DNA of 64,000 bases. It comes from Podarcis bocagei (lineage: Eukaryota). Both the position numbers and the translations under genes were made by a program. Shown in pieces: positions 12,875 to 25,432 of this stretch. The notes below the pieces were generated by a model that did no database searches, was not told the DNA's origin, and saw only the letters and a list, made by a program, of their open reading frames with translations. Within the stretch, counting starts at the first letter, position 1; the number at the start of each line of letters is the position of its first letter. The stretch is from the NCBI GenBank assembly GCA_964188305.1, contig OZ076894.1; one strand, given 5' to 3'.

Positions 12875-13059
12875 CAGGAGCTGATCGTAGCATTGGGTCG
12901 AGGTACCTTCACTCCCCCTAATAAAATATTTGAGGGGTCCGCCCCTCCCCCAGAGTTGATGGACATTGCCGTTCAAATGGTGTGTGCCATGTCATGCGAC
13001 TCATTGTGCGGGATGGGGCTTACCTGCCCCCCCATATTTTATTCAAGTTGGTACCCCTG
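12875..13059. mobile_element. Probable degenerate hAT-like MITE
   Basis: CAGG...CCCCTG ends and GC-richer body; no clear TSD. Confidence 0.4.
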
Positions 13060-14994
13060 ACGGTTGTAGAGATCCACCGTTCTTGCACTACACAGAGTCT
13101 GTTTGCACTCTGGTCTTTGTGAAATCTGGAACAAACTAGATGTGATGCTGGCAGCTCTGTGTGCAAAAAAGAGTTTTTGCCACTGAATCGTTCGAGGGGC
13201 AGGTTGGGAGGCAATTAAAAAGTGTAGCACTTGGGGCAGGAGAAAGGAGTTGGAACCGTCTGCTCTGCCTATGGAGTCTACTTTTTACTAGCTACTCCTT
13301 CCCTGGTCATATACACCCATCAGAAGACACATGGCTTTAAAATAGTTTCAGCTGGAAAAGCAGTAGTGGGGAAGGGCTCATCAGTAGAGGAGAGCACTGT
13401 GTTGGGTGGATGGGTGGGAATAATTGAAGATGGGTGACAAGGTATCTCAAGAGCTTCTGAAACTACTGGGAGCCCCCTTGAAATTACTCCTGGGTGACTG
13501 TCTCAACACAAGTGAGCCATTTGTATGGACCGGCTTGTGTTGTCTTTCCCATAACGGCATCAGAGATTTTCTGGAAGTGTAGCATGGAAAACATACTGAT
13601 TCTCTTGGCAAGAACTGGACATGAGTGCCCGGAAGGGGCCATTTAAAGCGATCTCTCCATGAGAGCTATTCCACGTGCACAACATGAGTTCGCCCTGTCC
13701 TGTGAAGATTATTTGAACTGTCATACAGAATGCGATTGAAAATAATCTTTTAGCTATAAAATGCAACAGACAGATTCTGCCTCTGCTGTAGAATTCTCTT
13801 CAGTGGCTTTAAAACAAGCAACCCAGGGGAAGGCTCCCATTTTCTATTAAACCTGATAGGTTTTAGCGTAATTCCTGTGAAAAACCTATTGCTTTCATTG
13901 CCTTCTAAATTGTATGGGTACAATTTCAATGAGGGATAGAAACAACACATTCCCAGGGGGTCAAGTGTAAGTTTTCTGTTCCTAAGTGTCTCAGATTAAT
14001 TAGATCCTGTAATTTCATCCCCTGGAACAATTTGCCGGTGCTAGTTAGAGGATGTATCCAGTAATAATGTTAAGGTAAAGGGTCCCAGTATTTGAATGAG
14101 TTTTGCTTCCTCAAAACTTGAGCTTTATTTTAGGAAGACCTGAAAGTTGTTGACATATGGCTGCCCTAAGCTACAAGGGAACAGTGATTCACTTCAAACA
14201 TTGTTCCACGCCAGCAAAATTAGGTAAAACAATTAAAGTTGATTTGGCACTCCTACACCCCCCCCCCAGACTTTTTGTGATAGGGAAAGTGATGAGGGAA
14301 TTTACTGAGAAGCATGGGATAACACTTGCTTGGTGCATGTTTGTATAACCTCTCCAGGAACAAATCAGGATAAATGCTCAACAAACAGGTTATTTGGAAG
14401 TTACCTAGGAGCCACAGGGAACCAAACCAACTTCCCCCTCTGTAGTAGCCTCAATCATAGCTTTATAATATTTTCCCCTTTCTTGTTCCCGAACGTATTA
14501 AGTTTGTTTTGTAGAAGCCATGGACTCTAAAATGCACTATTAGGTAATTGGTTAATTCTGAATCTATTTTTCCTCTTATGGAGGACCCCAGGAATTCCTA
14601 TTCCTCCATGACATAATTTGAAGTCAAGTTATTTAATAGAAAAGTTTACTCAAAGTTATTAGTAGCATGAAGAGACCCTCATGCAAAAGTGGGGGGGGGG
14701 AGAGAGTGGCTGAACACTAGAAAGACGTTAGATACTGGCCTAAAAAATTTGGGGTCTTCCTAAAAAACTCAACTTTTGGGGTCTGCTGGTTTTTACCTTT
14801 GAAATACGGCAGCCCCAATTTAAATGTGCATATGGCCCTCACTTCTGACGAGAGCTCTCTCATTCCCTTCATTGGATGGGGCATGAGTGGAGCAGCCCCT
14901 ACGGGATTGTCCAAGTATCTGCTCACATAGGAGAGCCAGGTTCCCTTTAAGATGGGGTGATACCTGCCTGTTTGGTAGCAGCACCCCTATTCAT

Positions 14995-15300
14995 GACATT
15001 TATTTATATGAACAATTACCCTAACTACAATAGTCCCTAAGTGGTTTATTAGGTTATAATACAAATAGGTCAAAACTACCTACAAAACAAAACTTCAGTT
15101 AAAAGGCCTGCTTGAATGGAGAAAGTTTTCCAGTAGGTAGTGGAAGCCCTGTAGAAAGGAGGCCTATCTGACCTCATCTGGAAGAGGGACTTCCATAAAA
15201 TTGGACCCACCAGACTAAACACATGCCCCCTGGTGGATGTGAGCCATACATCCAAGCCACGGGGGATCACTAACCTTGAAGCAGGCCACCAGGGCATACT
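14995..15300 (-). mobile_element. L2-type LINE 3' end fragment
   Basis: Resembles the 3' part of the 6220-7255 element (GAAGGGACTTCCATAAAATTGGACCCACC); A-rich tail remnant. Confidence 0.55.
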
Positions 15301-18300
15301 CCTGAGCATTGAAGTTATGTGCTTTCCATTCTACATTTTGTAATTTAATAATAACTTTAAATCTCTATAAAATATATTCCTGTTTATACTTGCATAAATG
15401 CAAATGCCACTACATCTACAGTTATGCAAATCTTCAGCAGTTATTTTTCTCCTTCTCAGTAGTTTGAAAAATTTGGCACTAAAGCACTTGTAAAGTCAAC
15501 AATAAAGGCCATCTTGAAAATCATAGGCTGCTTCCCCTACTACCACTGCCAAGATTTCAATAGTCTTCCATTCTTGAGCAATATAGAGTACAAAAGAGGC
15601 TTGCTTTTTTTAAAAAAGTTTCCTTCTGTTGGCTAGACTTTTACATTTACAAGTGATGTTTATTTGTCAGGGTGCCAGTACATCAAACCTCCAGACAAAA
15701 GTTTGTGGGTTCTGATCAAATTTCTAGAACTTAAAAGCCAAAATAACTTTTAACACACTTTAGGGGCTTGTTAAAACACTGGTGGTCCATGCAGTTCATA
15801 AACCATAGAGTCTATTCCATTGCTTCAGAGACCAAATACAGTTAATACTGTTGATTATTGTTAATTCCAAACTCGGAGCAGGACACCCTAGGTGCAATGT
15901 AACTTGTCAAATGAAAGGGCTGGGTACATATGGCTGCAATCTAAAAACAGATTGAAGGGCCAATCTACACATTTTGTCAAACACATGCTTGTTTGCAACT
16001 GGCCATCTTCTTATTTAGCATGAATACCTGCAGTGGGTCTGGCTCTGGATCATAGTTATAGTCAATTAATTTTCTTTCCACCTCTTAAAGTTGTTTTCCT
16101 TAAAGGATTTTCAGTGTTAACAAGGGTACATACGATGTCTCTGTTTTCAATTCATAGAGTCCTTTCTACAGGTCAGTTACGTTCGGTGTGAGACACAGCT
16201 GTCACAGACATTGTGAAGTGGGGGGGGGGGAGAGAAATAAGGGGGTAGTGATTTTTCATTCTTTGGCTTAGTGTATGTGCAGAGTTTTTGTGCCAGTGTT
16301 GTGAGGATAAGTTCTTTATTTATCTGTCTGTTTTTGTTGGCGGTGCAAGAGATTGGAGAGCCCAGAATATGGTTGGTTGCATTTAGCTGATTGCAGTAAG
16401 TTTTGTTTGTTTGTATGTATGAGGGGGTGGGGGTTGTTGGGTTAAATTAGCCCTATTGATTTGTATGCTGTCAAGGGGTTTATTGGGCTGTGTATGTAAT
16501 AAAGGCAAGCCATAGTCTATTTATTTATATACCACAATTCCCACAAATACATTTGTGCTCAACGTGTTTCATAGGATATAAGAAATTCGCAATAATAGTA
16601 CAAAATCATAATAGAACCACAGCATGGCATTAAAAAAAACAACCTGTGTCATTTTCCTGATGAAAATCATGCCCCAGAACTACTTGCTCTTGAAAATGCT
16701 ATTGGCTGCAATAGTACTTGTAATTAATTTTTTATAAATATATTTTTCTTTTGCACAAAGAGGTGAGATTGCTTTTTTGTACCCTCCCTCTTAGTGGAGA
16801 GGTCTGTTACCCAGGTCTTTATAACAGATATCTGATTGAGGTCTGGGATGATGGGAGTTACAGTCCAACAACAGGTAGAGAGCCACATATTCCCCACTGC
16901 AGACCTAAATGGATGTAGGCTAGGTTTGACCTGTGCTGCAGTGATGGGCATGCTTGCTTCACCGTTTACGAAGCACACAGTTCACCCTACCTCCAAGATA
17001 CAGCTTCTCAGTACAGTGGTACATAAATGTGAGTTTTAATCTGGGTTTCTGGTAGAGCATCTATAACTTTTTGTCATCTCTATCTAATCTAGTCTGGCTC
17101 TGGATTCATTCAGCACACCCCAGTCTGGTCATATGACTTAGCCCCCCCACCCCAAAAGTGGTCCACTGCTGAGACAGACCAACCATTAACAGAAAATGTG
17201 TTGTTTGGGCTACAATGCTTAATGTTTCCTTTAGTAAAACCAGTGTAGTATATCCTCAGACAGTAAACTCTCATGACTCGTATTTGAAACAAAATGTTGC
17301 TGCTCTCCTGAAGCTGGACTTGGCTCCAAGCTAGGATTTTCCCCTTTTATATCAATAGTTTATTAGAGTTCTGGCAGTATTATAATATGGCAATAATTAT
17401 AGATTGGCTTAACACAGCTGTTATAAGGATAGGCTACAGTGTGAAGCACTTTGAACATTCTTAAGTGTTATACACGTGTGAAGTATTGTAGTACTGTTGT
17501 TGCTGCATTTAGTCAGTACTCTATAAAAACGCTAATAATCCTTTCAGGATGACATTATTTCCCCTTGTAAAATGGAAGATCTGTTTCTCTCATCTGTGTG
17601 AAAATACCAAGTCTGTAATCAGCATTTTTTTTTTAAGGTGACATAGAATAACCAATTTGGGCTGGATGAGCATGTTTATCAAGCTACAGTTGTCACTACA
17701 AAGCAAATGTGATGAAGTCTGCCTATTCTACCTAACATAAAAACATGCAGAGTGTTTTGAAGGCAGCACTTTTCAGCAAATGGTGTGAATTTGGATTGAA
17801 GGCTCTTCAGGCCTTGAATGACTTATCAGTGTCAAACTGGTTATATATAATCAGCTGCTTTAATTAAGTGCTGTGTTTTTTAATATGAAAGGGAATAAGC
17901 CTTCATTTTTCATTTTCTCTTAGCTTTATGATGCTTAACAATGTGAGGTGTAGTTAATGCTTCTGTAAAGTAGGCCGCTAGAGAGATCCCATGGAGTACT
18001 TTGCCTTGCTGAGCTAGCAGTCTGGGCCACTGGGCAGAGGGGGCAGGAAATAACTCCCAACTGGGCAGCAAATGAATCAATACTAGCAGTACTGGATCAC
18101 TTTGCATCTACAAGTAGGAACAGAAAAGCAATAACACAGTTATAATGTCTGACACACATAGTTAAGAAAACAAATCTAAACGCAGACACATTGGCTTGGC
18201 TTTTATTGGAAAGCCTAGATGCAATCTATAGTCATCAAGGTGTGGAAAAATTCAGGACACATATAAAGTTCAGAAGGCAAATTAAAAGAACAATACAAAT

Positions 18301-20094
18301 CAGACAAAATTTACATTTCAAAATAGCATGAAAGCATTTTGCCTAAAATACTCTGAATCTCCTTGTTTTTTGTAGGGTATTTATTTTAATACATTTTTCC
18401 CCATTTCTTTTAAATTTTCTTGTTTACAAATCCCCCAAAGTCTCTGTCTCATGTAGGAGCATGTCCATCTCAGAATGATTGTTTTTCTCTTTAGTGTATA
18501 GCTAGAGAAAAGGCTGCTGGTTGGGCCTTTATCGAAGTCTAGATGACCATCAAGAGAAACTATAGTTTGGGGGCTACCAGTGCCTAAACCAGGGAGAAAG
18601 AACAAGGGCACAGGAAGTAGAAGCTTTAATTCTATTCTGACATGTAACACACTGGATATGTTTGCGGTATTCCAAGTCAATAACATTCCACTACATTTTC
18701 TGAGCATGAACCTAATTCCACAGCTAGAGCTGACAAACCTCTAATACAATGCTGTTAAATCCGAGTTAACAGAACTGCAATCCCCATACATTTCCCAGAT
18801 TAAAAATAATATGTGAAATAATGGCACTGAGCTGTGGGTTTCATGAATCATAGTTGCTAAATTTGGGCTCTTTGAAGGTTGAAAAATAAAAACAAACTTA
18901 ACTGTTAATTTGCACTTTAATAAAATAACAGCTTTTATTCTAAATGTCAGCAGTTCTGTAGCTTCTACCCAAGGGGTACATGAATAGCAACAGCACTGAT
19001 AGTGTGGATTCAGTAACTTGCTTGACCTACTCACAGCCTGTTTGACAAGACTCCTACTGTGCAGTTGAGAGCACACATAATACTATAGAATCTCGGTGCA
19101 GAAAGCAGTTAGGAAACTATTTTTATTTCACCCCTTCAGGTATTTAAGACACATTCACCTGCCATTTGTTGCCCTTCTGCATTACTGAGTACAGCACAAT
19201 TAACCTTTCTCCCCCACCCACCCAAAAAACCCCAATCAAACCCCACAATATTTTAGTCATTTTGTGGCTGAAAACAGCACTCAGGAACAAGGGATCTTAT
19301 CCAGAAATACTGAGGAATGTGGGAAGCAGTAGCCCTAAAAATAAGATGCCCCTCTTTGTCTTTCCCTGCCCACTTACAAATGATGCAACCTCCCCACACT
19401 GCATTTTTAATCAGGCATGGTTCAGTCCAGTTACAAGTGCTGAGCTTTTTGGAACTGGTGTAGTTATAAAATTTGATGAAGGGGCGGCATGTGAGCAGAG
19501 GCCAGGAACCAAGGAACACTTTAATGCAGATTCTCTAGCACAGGAAGGCTTAGTGGGAAGTACATACGTGAATGTTATTTTTAAATGTTATCTCTGCAAG
19601 TCTGAGGGGTAGGTTTTTTTTAATAAAAAAAAAACAAACCAGCACACTGGAAGCTGAGAGTCTCAGAATTTTGGAAGAGTGATGAATTCTGTGCTACTGA
19701 AATAGAATGCATATTGTGAGATTACATGACCTAGATTCCTCTGAAAGCAGTCTCAGGCATACTAAGAGCCACTGTCTCCCAGTGATTTGATTTTGTTATA
19801 AAGTTAGGTGCTGGGGTTCAAACCTGCCAGAGAGCTCTATCATTTGGTATGAGACTTATGTCGCCCCCCCCCCCCCCAATCTAAGATCAGGGACAGCAGA
19901 CTGTGTTGAGAGATGCACTTGGAACATATTCATATCAGAAGCATTCCCCTTGATTGTTACTTCAGATGTTCCAGAGCAGATGCCCAGTATTGAAACCTGC
20001 CTCAAAAGGGCCTGTGTTAACCTCTGCTGTTTGCATGTCTTGAGTCCAACCATATTAGATTGGACTATCCTTATGAGCAGGTCATGCCAAACTG

Positions 20095-20232
20095 TAGTGC
20101 TATTTTTTCCTAGAAAAAGAGGTTCTGGAACTCACCATGAACACCTCCCTTGTTCTCTTCTAATGGCAATGGCACCCACCTGAGAGGTGCCAGAACTGAG
20201 TTCCTGTGAGGTTCTGGCTGAAAAAAGCTCTG
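20095..20232. mobile_element. hAT MITE inserted in the predicted TENM3 3' UTR
   Basis: Imperfect TIRs TAGTGCTATTTTTTC / GAAAAAAGCTCTG; perfect 8-bp TSD ccaaactg (20087-20094, 20233-20240). Confidence 0.82.
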
Positions 20233-20500
20233 CCAAACTGTATGGTAGCTTTATGATGTGGATTAGGCACTAAGTCAATACTCTCACCTTCCTTTTTCTT
20301 GCAATTCATAGACTCTTTTTGGTGGACAAGAGGTTTAAAGGCTAGGGTATTAGTTTAACTTGCTTTTCCACCTACCCATGTTATGTGTTTTTCCAGTGAA
20401 ATACTGAAAACCTTTTCAGAAGACATAGGCAGAAGCCCTGTCGTTGTGGCAGCGAGCACTGCACCAACTTTCCATTCATGTACATTTGCAGAGCACCTGA

Positions 20501-20580
20501 GGCTGCAATCCTAAACTCGCTCACTAGAGAATGAGCCCCATTGAACATAATGAGACTAACCTCTCTGTGTATAGGATTGC
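20501..20580. mobile_element. Short (~80-bp) palindromic squamate repeat GCAATCCTA...TAGGATTGC
   Basis: Inverted ends; related copies at ~45243-45330, ~51540-51623 and ~31293-31364. Confidence 0.65.
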
Positions 20581-21004
20581 TCCTTTCACCACATAACACA
20601 GCTTTACATCCCACATATTAAAAATACACAACAGAGCCGCAAAATGAATAAATACACCTTTAGGGCTGGAAGAGGACAAGGCAAGCCCAGCCTACAAAAG
20701 TCTTCTACTGTCATACATAAATTTTATTGAGTTGCTCTCCCTCTTAGCAGCGAGTGGCGAGGGCCAAGCAGGGCACAGGAAGCGGGGCGGAGTGGCTGCC
20801 CCACACTAACCTTTCCCACAAGCAATTGAAAGAGAAAAATGCACTGTTTTTAAAGCTAATACAAAAATATTAACACTTCTGTCCATTAGTATACACTGTT
20901 ATATCTCTACAATATAACTCTTTATACTGTACAGCTATAACATAACAAAAGGTGCAATTCCTTTAAAAAAATTCACACACTGCACATTTTTATCATTTTA
21001 TTTT

Positions 21005-21136
21005 NNNNNNNNNNNNNNNNNNNNNNNNNNNNNNNNNNNNNNNNNNNNNNNNNNNNNNNNNNNNNNNNNNNNNNNNNNNNNNNNNNNNNNNNNNNNNNNN
21101 NNNNNNNNNNNNNNNNNNNNNNNNNNNNNNNNNNNN
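21005..21136. other. Assembly gap (132 N)
   Basis: Run of N flanked by T-rich sequence. Confidence 1.
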
Positions 21137-21838
21137 TTTCCTTTGCTGCTCTGTGACAAGGATTCTACTTGCCATTCCCCCACCCCACCCAAGGCAAACC
21201 ATGTTATCATTGTAAAATCCATTATTAAATTCCCATTGTAGCATAAATTGCTTGTGCCAATGTCCTTTTAGAAAGAAGCACAGTTTAAAGCCATTGGGGT
21301 GTCTATAAACAAGAGTTTTTGCCCCACATTTTAAAATGAACAAAGATATATACCACATCCTATGCAGAGAGAGGAAGAGAGCAAGAGAGAGAGGAGGAGA
21401 GAGAGACTAGTTTCTTGTAAGCAAAGGTCAACAATTTAGTAATATTTGGAAACACTGTATGGATCTGTTTCTTAGTTAAAAGACAGTGCCTCAAAAGAAT
21501 AGGCAGCTTGTTGCAAACCCTTTAGGTCTTCCTTGTAATACTTTCAGTTCAACTCGAGTGCAGCGATATGCATATGTAAACATATTCTTTAAAGCAGATC
21601 ACCTTTAAGGTCATTCAGAGTAGGGAAAAACAACTCCCAGTTTTTCTTTTTAGCAATCTCATTCTTCTGGAAGGCTCTCTCTTTGTTGTAGAGTCTTATT
21701 GGGATTGTGCTACAGAAAAATCTGAGCAAAGGTGTACATTTAGGCTCAAGTAGTAATGCAGCAAAACAATTTGGTCTCCCTCTCAGAAGACACTGGTACA
21801 GGGTCAGTCTCTTTGGCAGCCCAGGCTCAACCAGTGTG

Positions 21839-22594
21839 TTACCTCTTTCCAATCTCACTTTGCCTAAGGAACTGTATATTGTTAGCGCTGTCTGCTAATT
21901 CGGGGTATTGCTCCACGGAGAGTACATAGTACCCATCATATCCTTGGACTTTTCCAGCACTCAACAGTTGCCTCTTTTCCCCTTCTGTCCATAACCTGGC
22001 ACCTTCCTCTCCATCTCTCACTCTTTGTTGTTCTCTGGCCCAGGCATTGGAAAGAGCCCTTTGCCTAGCCTGCTCTAATATCCGTGCCTTCTCCTCATCA
22101 AGTGTCATGCCGTAGCGGACATGAAGAGCCAGCGCACCATACTGCATTTCAACATCGGCAAACCTACGAGTCCTGCCGTTCACTACAGTGGTAGACTGGG
22201 AAACAGTGACGTTGATACCATTTTCTAGGGCCTTTCGTCCGCTAGTCAGTCTCAGCGTGCCCAGGTCACTCTCTGGCGAGGTGGTCTTGATGAAATAGTG
22301 TGTGTCCTTTCCTTCAATGGTGAAATGCAGGTTTTCTAGGTAGTATGCATTGTTCAGAACAGCTGCCACTTTGATACAATCCTCGTTTGCAATGTTAAGC
22401 ACATTAGTCTGCACTTTGCCTTGATTGACAGCCAGCATAACCCCTTTCCCAATCAAAGACTTCACAGTTGCGAACCACAACCACGATTTCTCGCCGCCGG
22501 GTCTGCGCTTGCTGATCTGGACTTCTGCCATCTTTCCTAGGGACAGGAAAGCCTTTGCTTGCCTTGCCACTTGTTGTTGCACTCCAGAAATTGG
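21839..22594 (-). CDS. TENM3: Teneurin-3 last coding exon ([12 protein letters not shown]...RQSEIGKR*; ABD, Tox-GHH and TCAP-3)
   Basis: Acceptor ttttcag|CCA; TAA stop at 21841-21839; C-terminus [43 protein letters not shown] is of the TENM3 type. Confidence 0.97.
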   Translation of the reverse strand, partial: PISGVQQQVARQAKAFLSLGKMAEVQISKRRPGGEKSWLWFATVKSLIGKGVMLAVNQGKVQTNVLNIANEDCIKVAAVLNNAYYLENLHFTIEGKDTHYFIKTTSPESDLGTLRLTSGRKALENGINVTVSQSTTVVNGRTRRFADVEMQYGALALHVRYGMTLDEEKARILEQARQRALSNAWAREQQRVRDGEEGARLWTEGEKRQLLSAGKVQGYDGYYVLSVEQYPELADSANNIQFLRQSEIGKR

Positions 22595-24030
22595 CTGAAA
22601 ACAAGAACAGACAGAAGTTTTACAAACCATCTGTAGCCCCTAGATTCCAACAGTCATGCATTTATTGGCACAATGCCTGGAGCTGACAATAGGATATGCC
22701 ACAACCGACACTGCCAAAGAGTTAATTGAATCCACATACTGAATTCCACTGTTACAAGTGCTATTTTGTTTGATACTGTTTGATGTTTTTCTCATTTTTG
22801 TCTGTCTCTTTTAGAATCCAAAAAAAGAGTCTCTAGCACTGAATCACTCCAAAGAAATTTAAAAGGTGGTACATAAAGGATTATTATGCTTAATACTTGG
22901 CATTTGCACAAGTATATCGTATGTTAATTAATCCATCATGAAACCAGTTGTACAAAGCTGTAGCGTAAACATTTTCCAGATGGGGAAATGGAGGCAGTGA
23001 GGCTAACTAGCTTGCAAAACGCTACAGAGGCAAATAAATGTTAGGCAAGGGTTAAAATGAAAAAAACTTATTTACATCTAGCTAAGTTCACAGTGCAGCT
23101 CTTACCTTACAGACAAAAAACATTGTTTGAAAGGATTACTGCACTTGTTATTGATCTAAACATTTCTAGCAATTTCCCTCCGAATCATTCCTATTGCAGA
23201 AAGGTTGAAAGACATCATGGTCATGAGTTTCCTCGCACATTACATCACTTACATAATAATTGCAGTGTTATATTCTCCTATTATCCAACATGGAAACATA
23301 AGCTAGGTGGTGATAAACCTATTGTAGGCTTCTTGTCATTTACCTTGAACATTTAATGCTTCTCATAAAGCAAAGTTACATACATAATTGGTTGAAGTGG
23401 CACTTATTAAGTGAGGAGTGGATCACTTAATAATATGTCTCCACTGGCATTCAGTAACCAAGGCCCATTTCCCCTTGCCCTGTGTGGAGGCGTGTACATA
23501 TTTAAAAGTACTTAAAAGGCATTAATTTGCTCATTCACCTCGTCATAACGCAAAAAGAATAATTTCAAGCTTTCAAAGACCCAATGCCCTGAATGTTGGT
23601 CACACAGACTGGTACCAAAAGTTGAGTGAATTGAGGGATGAGCAGGCTGTGCCAGGGAACATTTCCTCTGCCATGAGCAGTGTTCCCTCTTAGGCAGTTT
23701 TCTGGTGGCTGCACAGCAGTGGTGGGTGGGGCAATGAGAGTGACTCTTTTGTATAGCAGAATACAGTCCAGCTGCATATAAGCCAGAGGTTTCTACACAT
23801 GCACCTCTCCAGGCAAGTGAGAGGCGTTATTACAGTTCAAAGACACATTCCAGTCAGACTAAACTATAGGAGGAGGGCTTAGTGCAGGATCAGTGATGGG
23901 TGTGGGCTGAGGAGGGGGCATGACCCGAGGAGGCTTGGCTTTGGCACCTTGGCCTGAAGTGCCTGACTCCTAGACTAGGCAGGTGGAAGTGGTGGATGGC
24001 TATTGAGCCAGGAAAGGACAGCGCAGAAGG

Positions 24031-24211
24031 GGAAGAGCCATGGCTCAGTGGTTGAGCACATGCTCTGCATGCAAATGGTTGTAGGTTCAATCCACAGCAT
24101 CACCAGGCAGGAGTGGGAGAGGGCCCATCTGAGAGTCGCTGCCAGTCTGCGTTGCCAGTACTGAGCTAGCTAGGTCAATGGTCTGATTTGGTATAAATGG
24201 CCTTATGTTCC
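24031..24211 (+). mobile_element. tRNA-derived Squam3-like SINE
   Basis: A box TGGCTCAGTGG, B box GGTTCAATCC, body GCTGCCAGTC...ACTGAGCTAG...ATGGTCTGA, tail CCTTATGTTC. Confidence 0.8.
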
Positions 24212-25301
24212 CGTGACCTGCAATGCAAGAAAATGGAGGAGGGAAGACGCTAGAGCCATTTCTCCAATGCACTTGCTCCTCCTGTGTTCAGGGCCTGTGC
24301 ACAGGAAAGGAAGTATCTGCTGATACAATTTTCTGGGTTGTGTGAATATGGTTTCTGTTGTGAGAATATAGCTTGGGAAACTGATGCAGGTGGTGGCTTC
24401 TTGACCTATATAGCATGTGAAACCATCCTGATTCTTTAATTTAAAAACCAGAGAAGTTACAAAGATCCTTTATAACAATTGTCGTGAGTGAGCAACTGTT
24501 CTAAAGTTTCTCATTCCTTGCCAGTAACTGAAAACTTGATGGCGCATGGCCTTTTGATCTTTGAACAGTTAAGATTTATAATCGCTATTTTCCTAAATAC
24601 CAGATAGGGCTTTTCTGTTTTACATTCCATTTATTTTTGTCCATCATTTAAACTGGCTACATATTTCTGGACCGCAGGAGGTTTTTTTTATCAAAAAATT
24701 TCATAAGCACCTAGAGTTTTTTTGGCTCTATGAAATGTAATGGGTTTTACCTGAGGTAATTTCACATTCAATATTTTATCTTCACATATAAAACATGGTT
24801 AATATTAAAGAGAAGTAAAATTGTACTGGTGCTTGGTATGCATAATTTATATCACCTGTTCTTCTGTTTATTTCACAGTCTATTTTTTATTACAGTGTTC
24901 ACTTTCTGCCTTGAGGCAGGGTACCGGTATAAATCCAATCTCCAGAGCTTCCACTGGGAAAGTTACAATTCTAAAAAAGGGTTTCAAAATACTATTATTT
25001 ATTGATTAGGTCTACCCTTCTTCCTATTTTAGTTTGCATTATGAAAAGCCAATTAGGATATGTCGAAATTCAGACCTAATCTTTAGCAAATGCACCAAGC
25101 AAGAGCAGAATTAGCATCTAGTCTATGGCTATCTTGTGAATAAAAAATAGTCTTTACAAAGTGTATTTAAATATTTTTTTTTTTGTATTTAAATATTTTT
25201 TAATGCCACGTAAGCCTTTGAGGATTATAGTGCTCAAACAGCATGTTGTCTTTTATTCAATTTTGACACAGTTTAATATTCACTTCCTTTTTTCCCCTTA
25301 C

Positions 25302-25432
25302 CGGTACGTCATCCCACTGCTGACTCTTCACAAGTTCATAGGAGGGCTCCGTTAAATCAAACTTGGGCACAGGGAATCCTGGGATAGCATTATGCAGGTG
25401 GAAGCCAAATGTTACCAGCCAGCTGTTGACAT
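25302..25432 (-). CDS. TENM3: Teneurin-3 penultimate exon ([11 protein letters not shown]...QWDDVP)
   Basis: Acceptor tttgttag|AT, donor CCG|gtaagg; 131 nt, phase 1 to phase 0. Confidence 0.95.

Larger units (their letters stand above)
16500..21838 (-). other. TENM3: Predicted TENM3 3' UTR with tandem poly(A) signals; distal end uncertain
   Basis: AU-rich sequence after the stop; minus-strand AATAAA at 20997-21002, 20723-20728, 18202-18207 (followed by GU/U-rich sequence) and 16520-16525. Confidence 0.5.

Noticed and set aside
19166-19612. 148-aa plus-strand ORF (also 25700-26149 and 43450-43881)
   Set aside because: No domain similarity or convincing splice and Kozak context; consistent with chance ORFs in UTR and intron sequence.
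20993-21358. ORFs spanning X runs
   Set aside because: Artefact of the N gap.
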